Of a stretch of DNA of 64,000 nt, positions 27,428 through 38,148 are shown in pieces. Under the pieces are notes generated by a model, which saw only the letters and a list, made by a program, of their open reading frames with translations, was not told the DNA's origin and made no database searches. Within the stretch, counting starts at the first letter, position 1. Each line of letters begins with the position of its first letter. The DNA comes from Bacteroidota bacterium (lineage in GTDB: Bacteria > Bacteroidota > Bacteroidia > NS11-12g > UBA955). The DNA lies in contig VGFS01000007.1 in NCBI GenBank assembly GCA_016868785.1, forward strand, positions 4,967 to 68,966. The letters are read 5' to 3'. A program made the translations under genes and the position numbers.

Positions 27428-28261
27428 TTATCTACTGTTGTTTTTATTGGACTTTTCTTCTTTGATTTGTATACTTTCTTGACCACTGCGGGTTCCTACT
27501 ACCTGATTGAGGTTAGAAATGTCTACACTTTTATAGCGATCCCAGCCGGTGCTTTTCAGGCCTTGATCGTAGAAAAGACGCAGGTTTCCGAACTTTTCGG
27601 GTAGGTTGGCGCCGTTGCCTACAACAATGCTATGTTTTCCAACGCGGGGAATCAAAATCACATCGCGGTAATTATCTACATACAGTTGTTGAAATTGCAT
27701 GTTCCACAGCGAATCTGCGGCGATAAACTTGGCCACAGAGAGTAAGTTTCTGGCGGTTTCTCCGGCAATAATTTTACCAGAGGCCATCTGATTTCTTACG
27801 TTGCCGTTGGCCACCAAAACATCGCAAAATTTGGGTGTGCTGTTGGGGATCATGACGCCTTGGGTATCGAGATAAAATTCTTCTCCTTGGGTGTTGTTTA
27901 CCAATACGATGGGGGTACGTTCTTCAATTTTTACTTTGAGTACGCCATCGAGGGCGATGTATACCTCGGCTTTTTTAACTGCGGGGATTTTGTTTAGTCG
28001 TGCTTCCAGTTTTTGGATATTGAGGTCGGAGGCGCTTCTTCCGGTGGGGTTGCCAATCACAGACTGTATGGAATCGGCGAGGATGGTGTTGTTGAGGAAA
28101 AGGGCTTTCCCTTGGGGGAGTATGGTGATCTCCATGGATTCCACAAGGCGATTTTTGGCAGTCTTGGAGATGGCCGACCAAAAGATGGATACGGCTACCA
28201 GTAAGACCAACAACATGGCCACCATCCATTGTCGTTTATTGAATGCGGGTTTCCAGTTCAT
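27428..28261 (-). CDS. ftsQ: Cell division protein FtsQ
   Basis: The track start at 28309 is GTG and lies inside murC. It was trimmed to the ATG at 28261 (MNWKPAFNKRQWMVAMLLVLLVAV). One TM helix followed by POTRA and FtsQ-type domains. Position between murC and ftsA supports the call. Confidence 0.75.
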   Translation of the reverse strand: MNWKPAFNKRQWMVAMLLVLLVAVSIFWSAISKTAKNRLVESMEITILPQGKALFLNNTILADSIQSVIGNPTGRSASDLNIQKLEARLNKIPAVKKAEVYIALDGVLKVKIEERTPIVLVNNTQGEEFYLDTQGVMIPNSTPKFCDVLVANGNVRNQMASGKIIAGETARNLLSVAKFIAADSLWNMQFQQLYVDNYRDVILIPRVGKHSIVVGNGANLPEKFGNLRLFYDQGLKSTGWDRYKSVDISNLNQVVGTRSGQESIQIKEEKSNKNNSR

Positions 28262-29705
28262 GATATAAGGTTTGAATGGGTTGAACGATGCGGTCGATAT
28301 CGCCGGCACCGAGGATCAGCAATACTTCGGCAGGATTTTCTGACAGCTGCGTTAAGATGCTGTTGGGGTTAACCAGCGCTTTGTTGGGGTTACTTACCAA
28401 GCTCAACAGCCAGGTGCTATCGACGCCAGGGATAGGGAGTTCGCGCGCAGGATAAATTTCCATGAGGTAGAGTTGGTCAAGGGCCGATAAGCTGCTGGCA
28501 AATCCTTGGGCAAAGTCTTGGGTTCTGCTAAACAGGTGGGGTTGAAAGATGCCGGTGATTTTTTTGTTTGGGTACAGGGTTTTTACTGAACCGATGATGG
28601 CGTTGAGCTCTTCGGGGTGATGGGCATAGTCATCAATCACCACGTATTGACTTGTTTTATGGATGTATTCAAACCGTCGCTTGGCTCCTTTGTATGTGGC
28701 GATGCCTTGCTGCAGTTGGTTGATGGGGAGTCCGAGGAAGGCATGACAAACCCCCAGTGCGGCCAGTGCGTTTTGCACGTTGTGATGGCCGGGAAGTCCG
28801 CATCGGAATTCAGCCACCTCGTGTTGGTTTAACTTGTATTGGAAACAAAAATCTCCTTGGTCGATGTGCACTTGTTGGGCTTGCACAGCGGAGGTGGATT
28901 GGAGTCCGTAGGAATAGGTGAGGACGTGATCGGGGGTTTGGAGCGACAGCGATTCATGGATCATGAGGGCGGCGCCGTGGGGTTTTGGGGTTGAGGGCAA
29001 GGGTTTCTCGGCGCCGCCCCAAGTGCGAATGAGTTTTGTGAAATCCGCGAAGGCTTGTGTGAATGCTTCGGGGGTTCCATAAATGTCGAGGTGGTCTGGG
29101 TCCATCGCGGTGATGATGGCCAAATCAGGGTTCAGGCGATGGAAGCTGCGGTCGAATTCATCGGCTTCCAGCACGATGATTTCTCCCCCAACGGGTGGGT
29201 TGATGCCATCGGTTTTGCGGAAGTAGTTGCTGCCGAAATTGGAGGATATGCCTCCGAGGAAGGCGGTGAAGTTGATATTGCAGGTATTGAGCAGGTGGGC
29301 TATCAGGGTAGAAGTGGTGGTTTTCCCGTGGGTACCGGCCACCGCAATGGAGAATCCATTGCGGGCAATGCTGCCCAATACCTCGCTGCGCTTCAGTATG
29401 GTGGCCTGTTGTTCCTGCAACCAAACCCACTGGGGGTGGTTTTTGGGAATGGCCGGGGTAAGAATAAACAGGGTCTTGTGCAACTGGGTGGTTACCCGTT
29501 GCGGCAAAGCCGCAACGGTATCATCGAATAAAATCTCCGCGCCCTCGGCCACAAGGGCCTCGGTCAGCGGTGTTGATGTCTTGTCATACCCCATCACAGG
29601 CATGCCGATCTGCAGCAAATACCGCGCAATGGCACTCATGCCAATACCACCAATGCCCAAGAAATAGGCCTGCTCAAAATCCGTTATCCGCGCTTCTGTA
29701 GGCAT
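28236..29705 (-). CDS. murC: UDP-N-acetylmuramate--L-alanine ligase
   Basis: 489 aa. Shows GIGGIGMSAIA and GTHGKTTT Mur ligase motifs. Confidence 0.95.
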   Translation of the reverse strand: MPTEARITDFEQAYFLGIGGIGMSAIARYLLQIGMPVMGYDKTSTPLTEALVAEGAEILFDDTVAALPQRVTTQLHKTLFILTPAIPKNHPQWVWLQEQQATILKRSEVLGSIARNGFSIAVAGTHGKTTTSTLIAHLLNTCNINFTAFLGGISSNFGSNYFRKTDGINPPVGGEIIVLEADEFDRSFHRLNPDLAIITAMDPDHLDIYGTPEAFTQAFADFTKLIRTWGGAEKPLPSTPKPHGAALMIHESLSLQTPDHVLTYSYGLQSTSAVQAQQVHIDQGDFCFQYKLNQHEVAEFRCGLPGHHNVQNALAALGVCHAFLGLPINQLQQGIATYKGAKRRFEYIHKTSQYVVIDDYAHHPEELNAIIGSVKTLYPNKKITGIFQPHLFSRTQDFAQGFASSLSALDQLYLMEIYPARELPIPGVDSTWLLSLVSNPNKALVNPNSILTQLSENPAEVLLILGAGDIDRIVQPIQTLYHELETRIQ

Positions 29706-30862
29706 TCTTCCAACTTGTTTACAATGGTTTCTGTAGCCATGGGTCTGGCCATGACCGTCAATTTTTCTTGCATTTCTGCTCTTTTTTTCGTATCTTCTAG
29801 CAACGACATCGCAGCTGAAATCAACCGCTCAGGGGCTTCTTTATCGCTCACCAACAACGCTGCGCCCATGTCGCTCAATACCCGCGCATTCTGGGTTTGA
29901 TGGTCGTCGGTTACATTCGGAGAAGGCACCAAAACGGAAGGTCTGCCCACCACCGCAATTTCTGAAATGGATATCGCCCCGGCCCGAGAAATGACCACGT
30001 CGCTCGCCAAATAAGCCTCGTCCATGTCGTAAATGAACGCCGCGTGATATAAGCCCGGTGATCCGGCATCGCCGTAAATCGATGGATTGGCGGTGATGAC
30101 TGCTTGGATTTTGTCGCTGTGCGACTTTGCAAACGGCAACCCCATCTGCCAAATGACCTGAATCCCGGCTTTGGCTAGGGTGAGCAAATCTGCGAACACC
30201 GACTCGTTGATGGTCCTGGCGCCCAAACTTCCGCCTGTGATGAAAACCACCGGCATCTGCGGGTTTAGTCCAAACATGGCCCGTGCGGCTGTACGGTTTG
30301 CCTCGTTGTCTTTGCCCGGCATATCAATGATGTTTTGCCTCACGGGATTTCCCGTAAAACTCCATTTGCCCGAGGGGAAGAATTTGTCCATCTGCGGAAA
30401 CCCACAACACACATGGGCCGCTTTGCCTGCCACCAAACGGTTTGTGAGTCCGGCAAATCCGTTCTGCTCTTGCAATAGGGTGGTGTAGCCGTTTCGGGCC
30501 GACATAAAACAAATGGGCAAACTGGCGTATCCACCTGTGCCGATGACGGCGGTAGGATTGAACTGCTTTAACAATTTTTTTGCCTTCCAAAAGCTTTGTA
30601 AGGTCTTCAGGGCAACCACCACGTTCCTCAATGTAATGGAGCGTTTCAGTCCTTCGATGGGCATCCCCACGATGTTGAATCCTTCTATGGGTACTTTCTC
30701 CATTTCCATTTTGCCCAAAGCGCCCACAAACAAAAATTCTGCGTTGGGGTATCGCTTTTGCAGGGCTTTTGCAATGGCCACTGCGGGGAATATATGTCCG
30801 CCCGTACCCCCTCCAGAAAGGATGAAGCGATGCGAGGCGTTATGGTTGTCAGCAGTTCCCAT
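29684..30862 (-). CDS. murG: Undecaprenyldiphospho-muramoylpentapeptide beta-N-acetylglucosaminyltransferase
   Basis: 392 aa. Shows GGTGGHIFPAVAIA and SRAGAISISE motifs. Confidence 0.95.
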   Translation of the reverse strand: MGTADNHNASHRFILSGGGTGGHIFPAVAIAKALQKRYPNAEFLFVGALGKMEMEKVPIEGFNIVGMPIEGLKRSITLRNVVVALKTLQSFWKAKKLLKQFNPTAVIGTGGYASLPICFMSARNGYTTLLQEQNGFAGLTNRLVAGKAAHVCCGFPQMDKFFPSGKWSFTGNPVRQNIIDMPGKDNEANRTAARAMFGLNPQMPVVFITGGSLGARTINESVFADLLTLAKAGIQVIWQMGLPFAKSHSDKIQAVITANPSIYGDAGSPGLYHAAFIYDMDEAYLASDVVISRAGAISISEIAVVGRPSVLVPSPNVTDDHQTQNARVLSDMGAALLVSDKEAPERLISAAMSLLEDTKKRAEMQEKLTVMARPMATETIVNKLEECLQKRG

Positions 30863-30865
30863 GGT

Positions 30866-32044
30866 TTATGCGATGTTGGCGTGCAACGCCTCGGCTTGCT
30901 GTTGTTTTTCCTCTTCGATATACTTTGAAATGCCCAGGATGATGCCGAAGCCAATGCTGTTCATGAATAAGCTGGTACCACCCATACTCACCAGCGGAAT
31001 GGTAAGGCCGGTAACGGGCAACATGCCCACGGCAACGCCCATGTTCACGAATGCTTGTAGGCTCATGGAAAGGCCTAATCCCATGGCCACTAGCGCGCCG
31101 AAGGCGCGCGGACTCTCCACCACAATTTTCAAACATCGATAGACCAAAATCAGAAAGCAGCCCGTTACAATCAATCCACCCAACAACCCATATTCTTCCA
31201 CGATGATGGCATAGATAAAATCGGAATAGGGGTGTGGTAAGTAATTGCGCTGGGTGCTATTGCCCGGCCCTTTTCCAAATACTCCGCCCGTTGCCACGGC
31301 AATTTTCGATTGCAATTGCTGGTAGTTGCCCTGACCGTCGTCTTTCCCCATGAACGTCTCGATACGCTTTTTCCATGTGGGAATACGGTTGCCCTCCATG
31401 CCATCGGTGTTGATGTTGAGCAAAACCACCACCAATAAACTGATGAGCCCAAGGCCCGAGAGCGACAAATACATCATATACTTGAAGTTTACCCGGCCAA
31501 TGAACATCAGCAGTCCTGCCGTTAAAAACACGACCAAAGAGGTACTCAAATTCTCTGGTGCAATCAACCCAACGACTATAAGGATGTAGACCAGTGTTAC
31601 CCAAAATACTTTCGGACTGTCGATCTCCTCTTGGTTCTTGCTAAGATACCGTGAAATGTACATCACCAAGAATAGCTTGGCCATATCTGAGGGTTGAAAC
31701 GTTATGCCCAATCCTGGAATGGGAATAACCCGGGTAGCGTTGTTGATTTCTGAACCGATGACTAAGGTAAGTATCAACAGCCCAATAGAAATCCACAAGA
31801 AAATTTGGCTTATCCGCGAGTAATAAGAAAATGGGATCAGGTGGGTGAGGTACAACAAGCCTAAGCCAATCAGTAAGAATCCCGTGTGTCGCAAAAAATA
31901 CCATTCGGTGTTCCCGCCCTGCTTGGAATAAGCCAAGGTACCGGTGGCGCTGTAAACGGCCAAAATGCCGATCAACGACAGGATAATGATTACAAACCAA
32001 ATCCATTTGTCGCCTTTGAAACGGGAGGTGAACTGCGTATTCAT
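30866..32044 (-). CDS. ftsW: FtsW/RodA/SpoVE family peptidoglycan glycosyltransferase
   Basis: 392 aa. Polytopic membrane protein with a QPSDMAKL-type motif (FQPSDMAKLFLV) and TGLTIPLVSMGGTS. Confidence 0.9.
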   Translation of the reverse strand: MNTQFTSRFKGDKWIWFVIIILSLIGILAVYSATGTLAYSKQGGNTEWYFLRHTGFLLIGLGLLYLTHLIPFSYYSRISQIFLWISIGLLILTLVIGSEINNATRVIPIPGLGITFQPSDMAKLFLVMYISRYLSKNQEEIDSPKVFWVTLVYILIVVGLIAPENLSTSLVVFLTAGLLMFIGRVNFKYMMYLSLSGLGLISLLVVVLLNINTDGMEGNRIPTWKKRIETFMGKDDGQGNYQQLQSKIAVATGGVFGKGPGNSTQRNYLPHPYSDFIYAIIVEEYGLLGGLIVTGCFLILVYRCLKIVVESPRAFGALVAMGLGLSMSLQAFVNMGVAVGMLPVTGLTIPLVSMGGTSLFMNSIGFGIILGISKYIEEEKQQQAEALHANIA

Positions 32045-32058
32045 GCGGTGTTTTGTTT

Positions 32059-33393
32059 TTATAAGTGTCTTACGGCTTCTTTGAACTGACGGCCACGGTC
32101 TTCGTAGCTATCGAACAAATCGAAACTGGCGCAAGCGGGTGAGAGCAATACTACATCGCCCTGATCGGCCATTTTTGAGGCCACATGAACCGCTTCTTTG
32201 GCGGAACTTGTGTTGATGATGAGGTCAACATCGGCCTGAAATGCTTGGTGAATCTTGATGTTGTCTAAGCCCAAGCAAATGATCATTTTGACTTTGCTTT
32301 TCACCAAGTTCTTCAAATCTGCGTAGTTGTTGCCTTTGTCTACCCCGCCAGCAATCCAAATAACAGGTCGGTCCATGCTCTCCAAGGCATACCAAGCTGA
32401 GTTAACATTGGTGGCTTTGGAGTCGTTGATGTAGTCAATGCCGCCCACTTTTTGGACGAATTCTAGGCGGTGCTCAGCGTTTTGGAAGTTGGTGAAGCTT
32501 TCGCGGATGCTGTCCTTGCGGACGTCCATCAAGCTTGCCGCTACCGAAGCAGCCATGCTGTTGTAGGCATTGTGTTGCCCACGAAGTGTGAATTCTTGCA
32601 TATCGAGAGTGAATGTTTCTTTGGTTAAAATGTGAAGGATATTGTCTTTGCCATAGGCTCCTTCCGTTAGGGTTGTTTGTAAACTGAATGGGATGGCTTT
32701 AGCCAAGAATGGATTGCGCAACATGGCCTCTTGTGTGAGGGAGTCGTCGGCACAGTAAATGAAATATTCCGAAGCTTCTTGGTTGCGGGTGATGCGCATT
32801 TTGGCATCGGCATAGGCTTCTACATTATATTCGTATCGGTCCAAGTGGTCCGGGGTGATGTTGCAGAGAATGGCGATGTGACTGCGATAGGTATCGATCC
32901 GGTCTAGCTGAAAACTGCTCATCTCCACCACGTAGTAGTCGAACTGTTCTTGTGCCACCTGTCGGGCCAATGAGCGACCGATATTTCCCGCCAATCCCAC
33001 ATTCAATCCCGCTTGTTTCAGCAGGTGGTAGATGAGCAGGGTGGTGGTGGTTTTGCCATTGGTGCCGGTGATGCTGATCATTTTGGCTTGGGTGTAGCGA
33101 TAGCCAAATTCGAGTTCGTCAATCACTTCGATGCCTTTTTCGAGTGCAGCAGCAACCATGGGCGCTTTGTCTGGAATGCCCGGACTTTTGATGATTAAGT
33201 CGGCGGAAAGTATTTTGTCTTTGCTGTGTTGTTCTTGTTCCCAGGCGATGTTGTGTAGGTTGAGTTCATCTTGGTATTTCTGGGCGATTTTTCCTTTGTC
33301 GGATACAAATACATCCCAGTTTTGGGCGCAGCCCAAAACTGCGGCACCTGTACCGCTTTCGCCTGCTCCCAATATGACCAATCGCTTTCTCAA
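32059..33393 (-). CDS. murD: UDP-N-acetylmuramoylalanine--D-glutamate ligase
   Basis: 444 aa. TTG start overlapping the mraY stop (TTGA). Shows VILGAGESGTGAA and GTNGKTTT. Confidence 0.93.
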   Translation of the reverse strand: MRKRLVILGAGESGTGAAVLGCAQNWDVFVSDKGKIAQKYQDELNLHNIAWEQEQHSKDKILSADLIIKSPGIPDKAPMVAAALEKGIEVIDELEFGYRYTQAKMISITGTNGKTTTTLLIYHLLKQAGLNVGLAGNIGRSLARQVAQEQFDYYVVEMSSFQLDRIDTYRSHIAILCNITPDHLDRYEYNVEAYADAKMRITRNQEASEYFIYCADDSLTQEAMLRNPFLAKAIPFSLQTTLTEGAYGKDNILHILTKETFTLDMQEFTLRGQHNAYNSMAASVAASLMDVRKDSIRESFTNFQNAEHRLEFVQKVGGIDYINDSKATNVNSAWYALESMDRPVIWIAGGVDKGNNYADLKNLVKSKVKMIICLGLDNIKIHQAFQADVDLIINTSSAKEAVHVASKMADQGDVVLLSPACASFDLFDSYEDRGRQFKEAVRHL

Positions 33394-34523
33394 CGCAGTT
33401 TAATCAATGCCAACGTAGCCAAAACCAAGACAATGGTGATCAACCAGAAACGCAGGGTAATCTTGCTTTCGGAGAGGTTCTTTTTTTGAAAATGGTGGTG
33501 CAAAGGCGACATCAAGAAAATTCTTCTGCCTTCGCCAAAGCGTTTTTTGGTGTATTTGAAATAGCTTACCTGTAAGATCACAGACCCGCTTTCCGCCAAG
33601 AATACCCCGCACAATATGGGGAGTAATAATTCCATTTTGATTATGATTGCTACGGCTGCTACCGCGCCACCTAGGGCCATCGAACCGGTATCGCCCATGA
33701 ATACTTGAGCTGGATAGCCGTTGTACCACAAAAAGCCCAAGCAAGCACCAATAACTGCGGCCAAGAAGATGACCACTTCTCCTGAGTTGGGGACGTAAAT
33801 GATGTTCAAATAATTGGCTATTTTGATGTTACCCGCTGCATAGGCCAAGATGCCCAAACCCAAACCCACAATGGCGGTTGTGCCCGCTGCCAAGCCATCG
33901 ATTCCATCTGTAAGGTTTACCGCATTGGTAACGGCCATTACAATGAAAATGATGATCGGTACATAGATGATCCAAGCGTTGTGAGCCCCTGGGATCAGTT
34001 CAGAGTAATTCAAGATGTTCTTGGTGATGGGTAAGTTGGTGGTCAACGCCAAATGGTTGCTGCTGTGCGTGTGATCGATGGTGATAGCAATGAGCACACC
34101 CAACATCAGCTGTCCAATCAACTTAGTGGTAGCTTTCATGCCCTCCTTGTCTTTTTTAAACACCTTGATGTAATCGTCAATCCCGCCGATAACCCCCATC
34201 CAAATGGTGCTGATTATCATCACAATCACATAGATGTTGTCGAGCCGGGCCAACAATAGCGTGGGGACAATAATGCTTAAAATGATGATGATGCCGCCCA
34301 TGGTGGGAGTACCTTTCTTTTGCATTTGGCCTTCCAGACCCAATTCGCGGATGGTTTCGCCAATTTGCTGGCGTTGTAGCCATCCGATGATGCTTTTGCC
34401 GGCGATCAGCGCCAACAGCAAGCTCAGGATACCTGCCAATGAGGCCCGGAATGAAATGTACTTGAACACGCCGGCGCCGGCGAAGCCCATTTTGTCGAGG
34501 TGTTCAAACAAATAGTATAACAT
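33390..34523 (-). CDS. mraY: Phospho-N-acetylmuramoyl-pentapeptide transferase
   Basis: 377 aa. Shows KKGTPTMGG, NAVNLTDGIDGLA, FMGDTGS and HHHF motifs. Confidence 0.95.
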   Translation of the reverse strand: MLYYLFEHLDKMGFAGAGVFKYISFRASLAGILSLLLALIAGKSIIGWLQRQQIGETIRELGLEGQMQKKGTPTMGGIIIILSIIVPTLLLARLDNIYVIVMIISTIWMGVIGGIDDYIKVFKKDKEGMKATTKLIGQLMLGVLIAITIDHTHSSNHLALTTNLPITKNILNYSELIPGAHNAWIIYVPIIIFIVMAVTNAVNLTDGIDGLAAGTTAIVGLGLGILAYAAGNIKIANYLNIIYVPNSGEVVIFLAAVIGACLGFLWYNGYPAQVFMGDTGSMALGGAVAAVAIIIKMELLLPILCGVFLAESGSVILQVSYFKYTKKRFGEGRRIFLMSPLHHHFQKKNLSESKITLRFWLITIVLVLATLALIKLR

Positions 34524-34533
34524 GGCTTTGGTT

Positions 34534-35994
34534 TTATTCGATGAGTTTAAAAGTTTCGCTTAAAATGATTTTATCGTCGAAAGGATGCTTCACCCCCTGA
34601 ATGTCTTGGTAGGTTTCATGTCCTTTCCCGGCCACGAGGATGATATCGCCGGGCTGTGCCATGAGCACCGCGGTTTTGATAGCTTCCTTGCGGTCCATGA
34701 TTTTGACAATCCGTTTGTAGTTCTGCGGGTCTACACCCGCCTCCATTTGGTTAAGGATTTCTTGAGGATCTTCAAATCGGGGGTTGTCTGAGGTCAACAA
34801 GGCCTTGTTGCTCATTTCCGCCGCCAATTTGGCCATTTCGGGTCGTTTGGCTTGGTCTCGATTTCCGCCACAACCAACCACGGTGATCAAGTTTACACTG
34901 TTTTTACGGATGTCGTTGATGGTGTGCAACACGTTTTTTAGCGCATCAGGGGTGTGGGCATAATCCACGATGGCGGTGATTCTGTTGGGTCCACGCAGTA
35001 CCTCGAAGCGTCCGTTTACTTTGCCTAAGGCACTCATTTGAATGGGTAGCTCGGCGTCGCCTTCGGTGAGCAAGAAGGCCGTGGCATATACTGCGCACAA
35101 ATTGTAAGCATTAAAACCACCAATCAGGGGCGTCCAAAACTCGGTTTGGTTCAATTGCAGCTGCATTCCGGTGAAATCGTGCTCTGAAACCCTTACGGTG
35201 AAATCGGCCGGTTGCTTCATCGCGTAGGTGTAGCGCATGGCTTTGGTGTTTTGCAACATCACCATGCCATTGCGGTCGTCTTTGTTGGTGACCGCCACCG
35301 CCGATGAGGGCAACTCATCGAAAAATTGCTTTTTTGCTTTAATATAATTGTCGAACGTTTTGTGGTAGTCGAGGTGGTCGTGGGTGATATTCGTGAATAC
35401 CCCGGCAGCGAAAGGAACACCGGCAATTCTGCGCTGGTCTACCGCATGAGAACTTACCTCCATGAAGCAGTATTCGCAACCGGCATCGGCCATTTGGGCC
35501 AGCAATCCGTGGAGCGCCACGATGTTGGGTGTGGTGTGGGTGCTCGGGATGATTTGCTTACCAATCCGGTTTTCTACCGTGGAAATCAATCCGCACAAAT
35601 GCCCCCGCAAGGTGAATAAATCGAACAGCAAAGTGCTTACACTGGTTTTTCCGTTGGTGCCGGTAGTGCCTACAATGGTGATGTTTTCCGCTTTTCTGTC
35701 GTAAAAATTCAAGCAAATTTCGCCAAGGGCCTTCGCGGTATTCTCAACGTGTACATAGCAAACCGCTTCATTCAACTGCTTGGGCAACTCTTCGCACAAA
35801 ATCACCGACGCACCCGCTTCAATACAGGCATCGATGAAATTGTGACCGTCAACGGTTGTGCCTTTCATCGCGGCATAGAGGTCGCCTGACTGCACCATAC
35901 GGCTATCGATCTGAAGTCCGCCAACCTGTGCATCAGCAGCGCCGAACAGCGTGGCCGATTCCAGGGTAGAGACGAGTTGTTGGAGCGATTTCAT
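34534..35994 (-). CDS. murE: UDP-N-acetylmuramoyl-L-alanyl-D-glutamate--2,6-diaminopimelate ligase
   Basis: 486 aa. Shows GTTGTNGKTS and DNPR (meso-DAP specificity motif, SDNPRFEDP). Confidence 0.93.
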   Translation of the reverse strand: MKSLQQLVSTLESATLFGAADAQVGGLQIDSRMVQSGDLYAAMKGTTVDGHNFIDACIEAGASVILCEELPKQLNEAVCYVHVENTAKALGEICLNFYDRKAENITIVGTTGTNGKTSVSTLLFDLFTLRGHLCGLISTVENRIGKQIIPSTHTTPNIVALHGLLAQMADAGCEYCFMEVSSHAVDQRRIAGVPFAAGVFTNITHDHLDYHKTFDNYIKAKKQFFDELPSSAVAVTNKDDRNGMVMLQNTKAMRYTYAMKQPADFTVRVSEHDFTGMQLQLNQTEFWTPLIGGFNAYNLCAVYATAFLLTEGDAELPIQMSALGKVNGRFEVLRGPNRITAIVDYAHTPDALKNVLHTINDIRKNSVNLITVVGCGGNRDQAKRPEMAKLAAEMSNKALLTSDNPRFEDPQEILNQMEAGVDPQNYKRIVKIMDRKEAIKTAVLMAQPGDIILVAGKGHETYQDIQGVKHPFDDKIILSETFKLIE

Positions 35995-35997
35995 GGC

Positions 35998-38148
35998 TTA
36001 GTAGGGTTTGAGGATGAGAACGACTTCATTGTTGGCGCCGATTTTGGTGTTGGGTGCTGGGGCTTGATCGCTCACTCGGCCATATCCGCTGTAGCTGGCT
36101 TTTAATCCAAGGTCGCTCAGTAGTTTGAGCGCGTCGCGCAATCCCATGCCACTTAAATCGGGGAGGGTGTTTTCTTTGATTTTGACGGGTTTTAGTTTAA
36201 CCGAATGTGCCTCTTTGCTGGGGTCGATGTACTGGCCGGGGAACAGGACTTGCTCATTCTTGGTTTGACTGTCTTGCAGCATCTGCGAACTAATGCCGAT
36301 TTCGTTGAGTACCCATTTAGTTTTGGCAGCGTCGCCTTTCAGAATGCCCGGAACTTGGGGCAAGCTGGCTGTTTGTGGCGTTGGCTGAACCCTGATGTGC
36401 GTGCTGTAAATGCGGTCGCTGATGTTTTTGAAGATAGGCGCCGCAATTTGCGAGCCCGAATAACGACCGCTTCTGGGGTTGTTGACCACTACCACAATGG
36501 TGTATTGGGGGTTATTGGCGGGGAAGAATCCAGCAAATGAGGCTTGGAATTGTCGGTTGTTTTCTTGGTTGTACCCCGATTTGCCCTGTGAAAGCCAAGC
36601 GGTACCGGTTTTTCCCGCAATCTTGTAATTGTCGGTCTTGATGCCATTGGCCGTACCATTGTCTACCACTTGCACCAACATTTGGGTGAGGGTGGCGGCG
36701 GTTTTGGGACTAACGGCTTTTTCGTTGATGACTTGCGGTTCGATTTTGGACAGGGTTTGTCCTTCGTGCCTAATTTCTTTCACCATGTAGGGTTGCATCA
36801 TTTTGCCTTGATTGGCGATGGTGTTGTACAACATCAACGTTTGCATTGGTGATATTTTGCTGCTGTAGCCGATGCTCAATGAAGGCAAGCTGGTGCCCGA
36901 CCATCCTGATTGATTTGGGGTGGCGATGCTGGGGCTGCTGCTCGATGGGATGTCGAATTTGGGCTTGATGTGCAACCCGAGGTCCGAGGCGTGCTGGGTA
37001 AATTTCTTTGGGTCTTTCTTGTAATGTTGCATCACAAATTTGCTGGTGCCAACATTGGAAGAGTATTGCAAGCATTCACTCAACGTGTAGTAGCGCTTTT
37101 TGGGTTTTACCGCGTCTTCCAGTTTCATGTCGTACCATTTCCACTTGCCCCAAGAATTGTCAACGGTATCGGTGGTGCTTATTTTGCCGTCTTCCAGTAG
37201 GGCGATAGCCGACAACAGTTTGAATGTGGATCCAGGTTCGGTGAACTCACTCACGGCGTAGTTTTGGGCTTCGTAATACTGTCCGTCTTCACCGCGTTTA
37301 AGGTTCGACATGGCTTTGATGGCGCCCGTTTTGCTCTCCATGACAATCACGCAGCCGTGGTCGGCCGATTCGGCTTCCAGTCCTTTTTGCAATGCATATT
37401 GTGCAATGTCTTGAATGCGCACATCCAGTGTGGTGACGATGTCTTTTCCGTTCACAGCACTCCGGTTGTTTCCCACTTGAATGGGTCTCCAGGTTTGGCC
37501 GCTCATGCGTTGTTGCATTTGGCTGCCGTTTTTGCCGCGTAGCATGGTGTCGAACGCGCCTTCCAATCCCACCGCGGTTTTGTCTTTGATGTATCCGATG
37601 GTTCGTTTGGCAAGTTCACCCATGAAGTACATGCGTTTGCCTTTTTCTTCGTACCAGATGCCCCCTTCGAATTTTCCAAGTCGGGCGATGGGCCAAGTTT
37701 TGATGGCTTTCACCTGTTCAAAGCCGATGTCTTTGGCGATTTTTAGGTAACGGGTGCGTTTGTCGCGGTGCTTCAACAAGTGTTCTTTCCAGTCGCTGGC
37801 GTTGCGTTCTGGGAACATCTGCGACATCATGAGGCTGAAACTGTCGATTTTGCCCACGAATACTTTGGTGGTAAGTCCATCGGCCCGAAGGTCGAAAATG
37901 ACATCGTATTTGGGTACGGATGTGGCGAGTAGGTTACCGTCGTCGGCGTAAATGTTGCCCCGCAACGCTTCAATTTCCACAACGCGGGTATTTTTGGCAC
38001 TCAATTCTTTCCGGAATTTGTCGTCGGTGCCCAATTGCAATTTTACCGCGGTGATAATAATAGAAACGGCAAAGACAAATAGCAGGGCAAAAACGATATA
38101 GGCCCTAACCAAAATGACTTTTCGGGAGTTGACTTTAGTCTTGCTCAT
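35998..38148 (-). CDS. ftsI: Class B penicillin-binding protein (FtsI/PBP3-type transpeptidase) with C-terminal PASTA domain
   Basis: 716 aa. N-terminal TM helix. Shows STFK (GSTFKLL), SSN (YSSNVG) and KTG (AGKTGTA) motifs. The last 60 aa or so, LPDLSGMGLRDALKLLSDLGLKASYSGYGRVSDQAPAPNTKI, are PASTA-like. Confidence 0.9.
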   Translation of the reverse strand: MSKTKVNSRKVILVRAYIVFALLFVFAVSIIITAVKLQLGTDDKFRKELSAKNTRVVEIEALRGNIYADDGNLLATSVPKYDVIFDLRADGLTTKVFVGKIDSFSLMMSQMFPERNASDWKEHLLKHRDKRTRYLKIAKDIGFEQVKAIKTWPIARLGKFEGGIWYEEKGKRMYFMGELAKRTIGYIKDKTAVGLEGAFDTMLRGKNGSQMQQRMSGQTWRPIQVGNNRSAVNGKDIVTTLDVRIQDIAQYALQKGLEAESADHGCVIVMESKTGAIKAMSNLKRGEDGQYYEAQNYAVSEFTEPGSTFKLLSAIALLEDGKISTTDTVDNSWGKWKWYDMKLEDAVKPKKRYYTLSECLQYSSNVGTSKFVMQHYKKDPKKFTQHASDLGLHIKPKFDIPSSSSPSIATPNQSGWSGTSLPSLSIGYSSKISPMQTLMLYNTIANQGKMMQPYMVKEIRHEGQTLSKIEPQVINEKAVSPKTAATLTQMLVQVVDNGTANGIKTDNYKIAGKTGTAWLSQGKSGYNQENNRQFQASFAGFFPANNPQYTIVVVVNNPRSGRYSGSQIAAPIFKNISDRIYSTHIRVQPTPQTASLPQVPGILKGDAAKTKWVLNEIGISSQMLQDSQTKNEQVLFPGQYIDPSKEAHSVKLKPVKIKENTLPDLSGMGLRDALKLLSDLGLKASYSGYGRVSDQAPAPNTKIGANNEVVLILKPY

